This document shows, piece after piece, positions 7,001-11,441 of a DNA stretch of 11,441 nucleotides. A program made the position numbers and the translations under genes. Location: contig DNPO01000162.1 in the NCBI GenBank assembly GCA_003501375.1, forward strand, positions 1 to 11,441. The letters run 5' to 3'. The notes beneath the pieces were generated by a model that searched no databases, was not told where the DNA came from, and was given only the letters and a program-made list of their open reading frames with translations. Source of the stretch: Candidatus Sumerlaeota bacterium. GTDB lineage: Bacteria; Sumerlaeota; Sumerlaeia; UBA8349. Numbering within the stretch: the stretch's first letter is position 1; each line of letters starts with the position of its first letter.

Positions 7001-8011
7001 GTGGCTGTCCTACATTTTTTAAAAGGATGCAAAATTTTGACAGCCAATAATGCCTTCCATTACTATTATCTTTTTGGCCCGGTGCCGTCACGCAGGTTGG
7101 GGCGCTCGCTTGGTGTCGATCCCGTGCCCTTCAAAACTTGCACCTTTAACTGCATCTACTGCCAGATTGGCGCGACCACCTGTCTCACGGACGAACGCAT
7201 GGCATGGGTGCCCGTTGCGGATATTCTTGCTGAGTTGGAACACTTTCTCGAACACGACGGTGTGATTGATGCAATCACTGTGGGCGGTTCTGGCGAGCCA
7301 ACTCTGCACGAGGGGCTGGGCGAATTGATGGACGGTATTATTGCGTTGCGTGCGCGATTCTATGCCGACCGTCCTGCGCCGCGGATTTGTCTGCTGACCA
7401 ACGGCTCACTGTTGTATCTGCCCGAGGTGAGTGCTGCATCTGCCAAGGCGGATAGCGTAAAAATCACATTTAGCGCTGCGAATGAAAAAATCTGGCGTGA
7501 ACTCCATCGCCATGTTTCTACCCTGACTTACGAGAAAGCCTTGGATGGGTTGATCGCTTTTCGTGCTGAATTTGCGGGAGAAATCCGATTGGAAGTTATG
7601 GTAGTAGAAGGGGTAAATGCGGATTCGGATACGATGCGTGCCATTGCCGCGCTGACCGCACGCATTCACCCGGACAAGGTGGAACTCAACACGGTGGTGC
7701 GTCCGCCCGCTGAGATGCTTGCGCGTCCTGTTGCCGCCGAACGGATGGAAGAACTTGCGTTGTTATTTGATCCCCCAGCCGAGGTGATCGGCGTTTACAA
7801 AGGGCCAGCATTGGAAATGTCGAACGCGGCCCCGCGTGAGGATGCGATTTTGGCACTCATTGCGCGGCACCCGAGCACGGTGGAGGACATTGCCGGATTG
7901 CTCGGTGCGGAGCCGAATGTGGTGGAAGCGGCGTTGCGTTCCCTCGAAGCGAACAAGCGCGCGTTCACGTCGATTGTCGAAGGACGCGTGTATTATATGG
8001 CGATGGTGTAA
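7001..8011 (+). CDS. Radical SAM domain protein (single CxxxCxxC cluster, 'GPVPSRRLGRSLG' N-terminal signature, COG0731-like) with a winged-helix-like C-terminal tail
   Basis: 'FKTCTFNCIYCQ' gives the canonical CxxxCxxC (Cys47/51/54 of the ORF). There is a glycine-rich SAM-binding block ('ITVGGSGEPTL') and no second C-terminal Cys cluster, so no SPASM or twitch domain. The start is ambiguous. The track uses GTG at 7001, which overlaps a small hairpin. An in-frame TTG at 7037, preceded by AAGGA at 7023-7027, would begin the protein about 10 residues before the conserved 'FGPVPSRRLG'. The stop is TAA at 8009-8011. Confidence 0.8.
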   Translation: MAVLHFLKGCKILTANNAFHYYYLFGPVPSRRLGRSLGVDPVPFKTCTFNCIYCQIGATTCLTDERMAWVPVADILAELEHFLEHDGVIDAITVGGSGEPTLHEGLGELMDGIIALRARFYADRPAPRICLLTNGSLLYLPEVSAASAKADSVKITFSAANEKIWRELHRHVSTLTYEKALDGLIAFRAEFAGEIRLEVMVVEGVNADSDTMRAIAALTARIHPDKVELNTVVRPPAEMLARPVAAERMEELALLFDPPAEVIGVYKGPALEMSNAAPREDAILALIARHPSTVEDIAGLLGAEPNVVEAALRSLEANKRAFTSIVEGRVYYMAMV

Positions 8012-8056
8012 AACAAAATAAAATGTAGTTTCCGCGTGTATTGCGGTTAGTGATTT

Positions 8057-9109
8057 TTATGCAATGGTCGGATCGTCTTTGTCGATTTTTTCTTTCAGAC
8101 GTTTCCAGAGCGGTACGCGCGTGATGGTTTGCAGTACGTAGTAGACGAAGGGACGCGATAGCGGAAACCCCAGCGGATGCGTGAAGAACGCTTCCATCCA
8201 ATTGTCCTTCGCGCGTTTTTTGTCACCCGCATCGCGGCAGCGCAGCCCTTCCAAAATCAGACTCTTCGCATACATCAATTCGAGCAACCAGCGGAATTTC
8301 CACTTGAGCCAGCCCCCCTTGGCTTCCATGTAGCGGCGCTCCACCTTCATGTGCTCACGCGTGAACGGCTTCCACCCTTCGAGGGTTTTGGACGCGTCGT
8401 GCAAACGGTACGTGGCGAGGCATTCGGGGATGTAGTGGAACTTGACGTAATCGCTGATTTTTAACCAAAAATCGAAGTCCATTGTGTAGTGCAACGACTC
8501 ATCGAACGGGCCGTATTTTTCCCAGAGCGCCTTGGGGAAGAACGAACCGGGTTGTCCGAATCCAGCGCCGCGTCGCCACCAGTAATAGAGTGCGGACGGG
8601 TCCTCGTGGTAGAACGCCTTGCGCACCTGGGTAGAGCGACCGCTGACATTGACAAACTGGCAATCGCTGTAAATGAACTCTGCGTCCGGTGTCTTTTCCA
8701 AAAACGCTCTTAGTTTGTCGAGCGCACCGGGCAGCAGGAAATCGTCGGAGTTAATCCACACGATCCATTTGCCCGTGGCCATACGGATGCCCTTGTTCAG
8801 CGCTTCGGATTGTCCGCTGTCGCGTTCCGAAACCCATTTGAGATGCGGGAATTCTTTCAGCACGTCCACCGTGCCATCGCGCGATCCGCCATCGGCGATG
8901 ATGTGCTCCACATCCGGGTGTGGCAACCCATCGGTTTGCTCCAGCACGCTCAGGATGTTTTTGCGAATGAATTGCGCCTGATTATAGGAGGGGGTAATGA
9001 CAGAAAAAAACGGAGCCTGCGGTTCAGCGCTCTGCAGTGGCTGAGCGTTCAAGAAGTCTTTGGTAAGACGCGAAATTTCCTGCATTCTACGGGGTTTTCT
9101 TTGTTTCAT
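8057..9109 (-). CDS. Family 2 glycosyltransferase (GT2)
   Basis: 'FSVITPSYNQAQFIRKNILSVLEQ' is the GT2 N-terminal Rossmann signature. 'IIADGGSRDGT' and 'INSDDF' are the DxD-type motifs. The start ATG at 9107-9109 overlaps the upstream yggS stop (ATGA), supporting this start. The stop is TAA, the complement of 8057-8059. Confidence 0.85.
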   Translation of the reverse strand: MKQRKPRRMQEISRLTKDFLNAQPLQSAEPQAPFFSVITPSYNQAQFIRKNILSVLEQTDGLPHPDVEHIIADGGSRDGTVDVLKEFPHLKWVSERDSGQSEALNKGIRMATGKWIVWINSDDFLLPGALDKLRAFLEKTPDAEFIYSDCQFVNVSGRSTQVRKAFYHEDPSALYYWWRRGAGFGQPGSFFPKALWEKYGPFDESLHYTMDFDFWLKISDYVKFHYIPECLATYRLHDASKTLEGWKPFTREHMKVERRYMEAKGGWLKWKFRWLLELMYAKSLILEGLRCRDAGDKKRAKDNWMEAFFTHPLGFPLSRPFVYYVLQTITRVPLWKRLKEKIDKDDPTIA

Positions 9110-9792
9110 ACGTTTTCAAACAAGGCCGAGCCAACCCGCGCCAGCGTTGCTCCTTCCTCTACGGCGATTTCAAAATCGTGGCTCATGCCCATCGATAAGT
9201 GCTGTAAATTCACATGCCCCGCCTCACGCAACCGATCACGCAACTCGCGCAACCCGCGAAAAACCGGACGGGTTTCCTCTAACTCGAATGTATACGGCGC
9301 CATCGTCATCAGCCCCACGGCGCACAGTCGGTCAAATGGTTTCAAGCCTTCTGCAATGGCTTCCACAGCATCGGGATTGAGGCCATACTTTGACTCTTCG
9401 CCTGATACGTTGACCTCCAGTAACAGGTCCTGTGTGCAATCGCGTAATTCGCAGGCGCGTTGCAGCGCCTCGGCCAGATGCAGGCTATCGACGCCATGCA
9501 GCAGCGCCATGCGTCCCACCAGTTTTTTCACCTTGTTGGTTTGCAGATGACCAATAAAGTGCCAGTGGGGCGCATCTGCAGAACCAATGGCTTCCACTTT
9601 TTCCAGCGTTTCCGGCACGCGGTTTTCGCCGAAGTCGCGTACGCCACCTGCTAACAATTCCTGGATATCTACCACAGGACGTCCCTTGGTTACTGCCAGG
9701 AGTGTTATATCAGCAGAATTGCGTCCGACGCGCTCGGCGGCGGATGCAATGCGTTCTTGAATGCGGTGGTAGTTTTGAAGAATGGCAGACAT
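9106..9792 (-). CDS. yggS: YggS-family pyridoxal-phosphate homeostasis protein (PLPHP, COG0325)
   Basis: YggS signatures are present: 'LLAVTKGRP' (PLP-binding Lys), 'FGENRV', 'HFIGHLQTNKVK', 'HLSMGMSHDFEIAVEEGATLARVGSALF'. I place the start at the ATG, complement of 9790-9792 (MSAILQNY...). This gives about 228 aa, the usual YggS size. The track's longer ORF (start 9873) would overlap the promoter mapped at 9845-9873. Confidence 0.85.
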   Translation of the reverse strand: MSAILQNYHRIQERIASAAERVGRNSADITLLAVTKGRPVVDIQELLAGGVRDFGENRVPETLEKVEAIGSADAPHWHFIGHLQTNKVKKLVGRMALLHGVDSLHLAEALQRACELRDCTQDLLLEVNVSGEESKYGLNPDAVEAIAEGLKPFDRLCAVGLMTMAPYTFELEETRPVFRGLRELRDRLREAGHVNLQHLSMGMSHDFEIAVEEGATLARVGSALFENV

Positions 9793-9844
9793 AAATACGG
9801 AAAAATCCTCATGCGGTTTTGCGCCCCGAGCGCTTCCTGTTGGA

Positions 9845-9873
9845 ATCATACGGTTTTCGGCAAAATGGGTCAA
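9845..9873 (-). promoter_or_regulatory. Near-consensus sigma70-type promoter (TTGACC-N17-TATGAT) for the yggS-GT2 operon
   Basis: On the minus strand, TTGACC is the complement of 9868-9873, followed by an exact 17-nt spacer and TATGAT (complement of 9845-9850). This predicts a ~45-nt 5' UTR before the ATG at 9792. Confidence 0.5.
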
Positions 9874-10172
9874 TATCTACCTGATTGCCAGCGGGACAAA
9901 ACTTTTGGAGGGAAATGGGACGGGAGGTGGCCTGTGTTCAAAACGGAACTTCTATGGCGGTATACTCTGTGGACTGCGGCTGCTTGCTGCCGCTGTTTGC
10001 AGCACGGCTTGCCATGTGTTTGACCGCTCGTAGCAGCGGTGTGTCGGAAGGGGACTCAAACTGCGGCAAGCCGCAGGACTGCAAAGCGGCAGCACTCCAC
10101 AGGGCGGAAGTGCTTATTTCCTACAGTCGCTTTTTTGTTGCGAACTTATGTGTCTGTTGCTATGTATGCGGC

Positions 10173-11414
10173 ATGCTCACTTTTCTCATATCCTCGTTAG
10201 CAACCTTTGTCGCGCTGTTCTTTATCGAGCGCATTCTTCTGGCCGTGGTTCATTTGTTTGGATTCGTCATTGTCCCCGAACGCACCTGTTACGTTTACAC
10301 CCTCTTTGGCAAAGTCGTTGGCACAATCAGCGAGCCGGGCTTCCGCATTCTTGTCCACGAATTTGGCTGGCGCGGATTCGTTGTTCACTGGCTCGGCAAA
10401 CGATACGCCGTGGATATGCGCATTGACCAGCACTACCTGCACAGCCAGCCGGTGAACTCGGAAGAAGGGGCACCGATGGGCGTCGGTGTTTGGTACGAAA
10501 TGCAGGTGTCTGATCCGGTGAACTTCCTGTTCAAGAACAGCGACCCGCGTGGATCGCTTCGCGCCAACGTCAGCAACGCCACCGTGCGCCGCTTGAGCAA
10601 TCTGCCGTTGGGCAAGTTGATGGAAGATCGGCACGATATGAGTCGTGCGGTGCGTTCCGAGGTTTCAGAAAAATCGGTTGAATGGGGCTATAAAGTCGGT
10701 TCGGTTTATATTCGCAAGGTGCATTTCCGCGATGGGGACATGATTCACCAAATCGAGGGAAAAGTAGTTAACCGCCTGCGGCAGGTAACGTCCGCCATCC
10801 GACAGGAAGGTGCGAATCGCGTGAGCGTGATCGCCAGCACGGCGAATCGCACGGCGGCAGTGGAGTTTGCCAAAGCGGGGGCGATGCGTCCGAAAATCGT
10901 GGGCGCGGCGCTGCAGGAGATCACAAAAGACCCGGAGATTGAAGCCGCGGTGTTTGATTTGCTGGAGGTGCAAAAGATGAATAGCGGTGCCAGCCGGATC
11001 ACGCTGGTGCCGAAAAACGCGTCGATATTAACGGCGATTTTGGCATCGCGTTTGGCCGCGGCCAGTTGGGTGTCGCATGCTCCCGCGTCGGTGGTGCATG
11101 AAAAGGGAAAACAGACGGTGCAACCGCAGCCGATAAAAGTGGCTCCGGCGGCGCAGACGGTGCAATCGGTGGAAACAAGTTTGCAACAAAAAGTCGCACA
11201 GGTGAGGGCTGAGTTGCAGCGTCGCGCTTTGGCCGGCAAACAGAAGGCGCAGCAAGTGTCAACGGAACTGCGTTCGGAGTTTGCGGTTCGCAAAGAGCAA
11301 CTGCAAGAAAATCCCCCCTCGTTGCAGGAGGTGTTGAACGAGTTGCCCCTGAGCGAGAAGCAGCGGCAGGCCATAGAGGCAGTGGGGAAGTTTGCGGAGC
11401 GGTTCAAAAGATAA
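10173..11414 (+). CDS. SPFH / band-7 domain membrane protein (stomatin/prohibitin/flotillin/HflK-C superfamily) with a C-terminal coiled-coil tail
   Basis: I place the start at the ATG at 10173 (MLTFLISSLATFVALFFIERILLAVVHLFGF...). This gives one N-terminal TM helix directly followed by an SPFH-type core ('ERTCYVYTLFGKVVGTISEPGFRIL...'). The C-terminal ~110 aa are Gln/Ala/Arg/Glu-rich heptad-like sequence ('QQKVAQVRAELQRRALAGKQKAQQVSTELRSEF'). The track's upstream 96 codons (from 9885) are Cys-rich, low-complexity and contain no domain. The stop is TAA at 11412-11414. Confidence 0.8.
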   Translation: MLTFLISSLATFVALFFIERILLAVVHLFGFVIVPERTCYVYTLFGKVVGTISEPGFRILVHEFGWRGFVVHWLGKRYAVDMRIDQHYLHSQPVNSEEGAPMGVGVWYEMQVSDPVNFLFKNSDPRGSLRANVSNATVRRLSNLPLGKLMEDRHDMSRAVRSEVSEKSVEWGYKVGSVYIRKVHFRDGDMIHQIEGKVVNRLRQVTSAIRQEGANRVSVIASTANRTAAVEFAKAGAMRPKIVGAALQEITKDPEIEAAVFDLLEVQKMNSGASRITLVPKNASILTAILASRLAAASWVSHAPASVVHEKGKQTVQPQPIKVAPAAQTVQSVETSLQQKVAQVRAELQRRALAGKQKAQQVSTELRSEFAVRKEQLQENPPSLQEVLNELPLSEKQRQAIEAVGKFAERFKR

Positions 11415-11441
11415 ACAATATCTCTCGCAAAGCCGCAAAGA

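Noticed and set aside
6992-7008. Hairpin acagcc-gaggt-ggctgt followed by TTTTTT at 7014-7019, considered as a terminator between the adaptor and radical SAM genes.
   Set aside because: It is a 6-bp stem with a 5-nt gap before the T run, and it overlaps the candidate GTG start of the radical SAM gene. It more likely affects start-site choice than terminates transcription.
7001-8011. Radical SAM gene as a viperin-like (pVip) antiviral enzyme or a RiPP maturase with an adjacent export adaptor.
   Set aside because: The cluster motif is CTFNCIYC, not the viperin N-aromatic-H-x4-C-x3-C-x2-CF context. There is no SPASM or twitch second cluster, no small precursor-peptide ORF nearby, and no peptidase-containing ABC exporter.
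8032-8047. Small hairpin ccgc-gtgtatt-gcgg between the convergent radical SAM and GT2 genes, considered as a bidirectional terminator.
   Set aside because: The stem is only 4 bp and the T/A runs are offset from it. It is too weak to call, and the convergent genes may end by other means.
9793-9873. ORF-track N-terminal extension of yggS (start at 9873).
   Set aside because: It would make YggS about 27 aa longer than typical, and it overlaps the TTGACC-N17-TATGAT promoter. The internal ATG at 9792 gives the canonical ~228-aa protein.
9885-10172. ORF-track N-terminal 96 codons of the SPFH gene.
   Set aside because: The stretch is Cys-rich and low-complexity with no recognisable domain. The SPFH core is immediately preceded by a proper TM helix beginning at the ATG at 10173.
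1-11441. Search for CRISPR arrays, tRNA or rRNA genes, transposase or integrase genes, terminal inverted repeats or direct-repeat-flanked islands.
   Set aside because: I saw no regularly spaced direct repeats, no cloverleaf-like conserved tRNA elements in the intergenic regions and no recombinase-like ORFs. The window reads as ordinary chromosomal context.

Overview
This 11.4-kb window looks like ordinary chromosomal DNA from an unidentified bacterium. It appears moderately GC-rich by eye (not computed), and several genes have clear Shine-Dalgarno sites. I can support eight protein-coding genes and found no rRNA, tRNA, CRISPR array, transposase, integrase or terminal inverted repeats. In window order the genes are: (1) an M20-family metallopeptidase (ArgE/DapE-like), minus strand; (2) a 1195-aa secreted modular protein with a papain-like C1 cysteine-peptidase domain, five tandem ~95-aa beta-domain repeats, a Thr/Ser-rich linker and a CARDB-like C-terminal domain, closed by a strong intrinsic terminator; (3) a bPH_2 (YdbS/DUF304-like) membrane protein; (4) an AcrA/MexA-type efflux periplasmic adaptor; (5) a radical SAM protein with one CxxxCxxC cluster and a winged-helix-like tail; (6-7) a yggS (PLP-homeostasis) and GT2 glycosyltransferase pair on the minus strand, joined by an ATGA stop/start overlap and preceded by a near-consensus promoter; (8) an SPFH/band-7 membrane protein with a long coiled-coil tail, preceded by a ~380-bp leader rich in inverted repeats. 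Four ORF-track N-terminal extensions (genes 1, 2, 7 and 8) are probably artefacts, because better starts with RBS or promoter support lie further in. The most unusual element is the giant modular C1 peptidase. I see no recognisable defence or mobile system, and the other findings are moderate or low interest.
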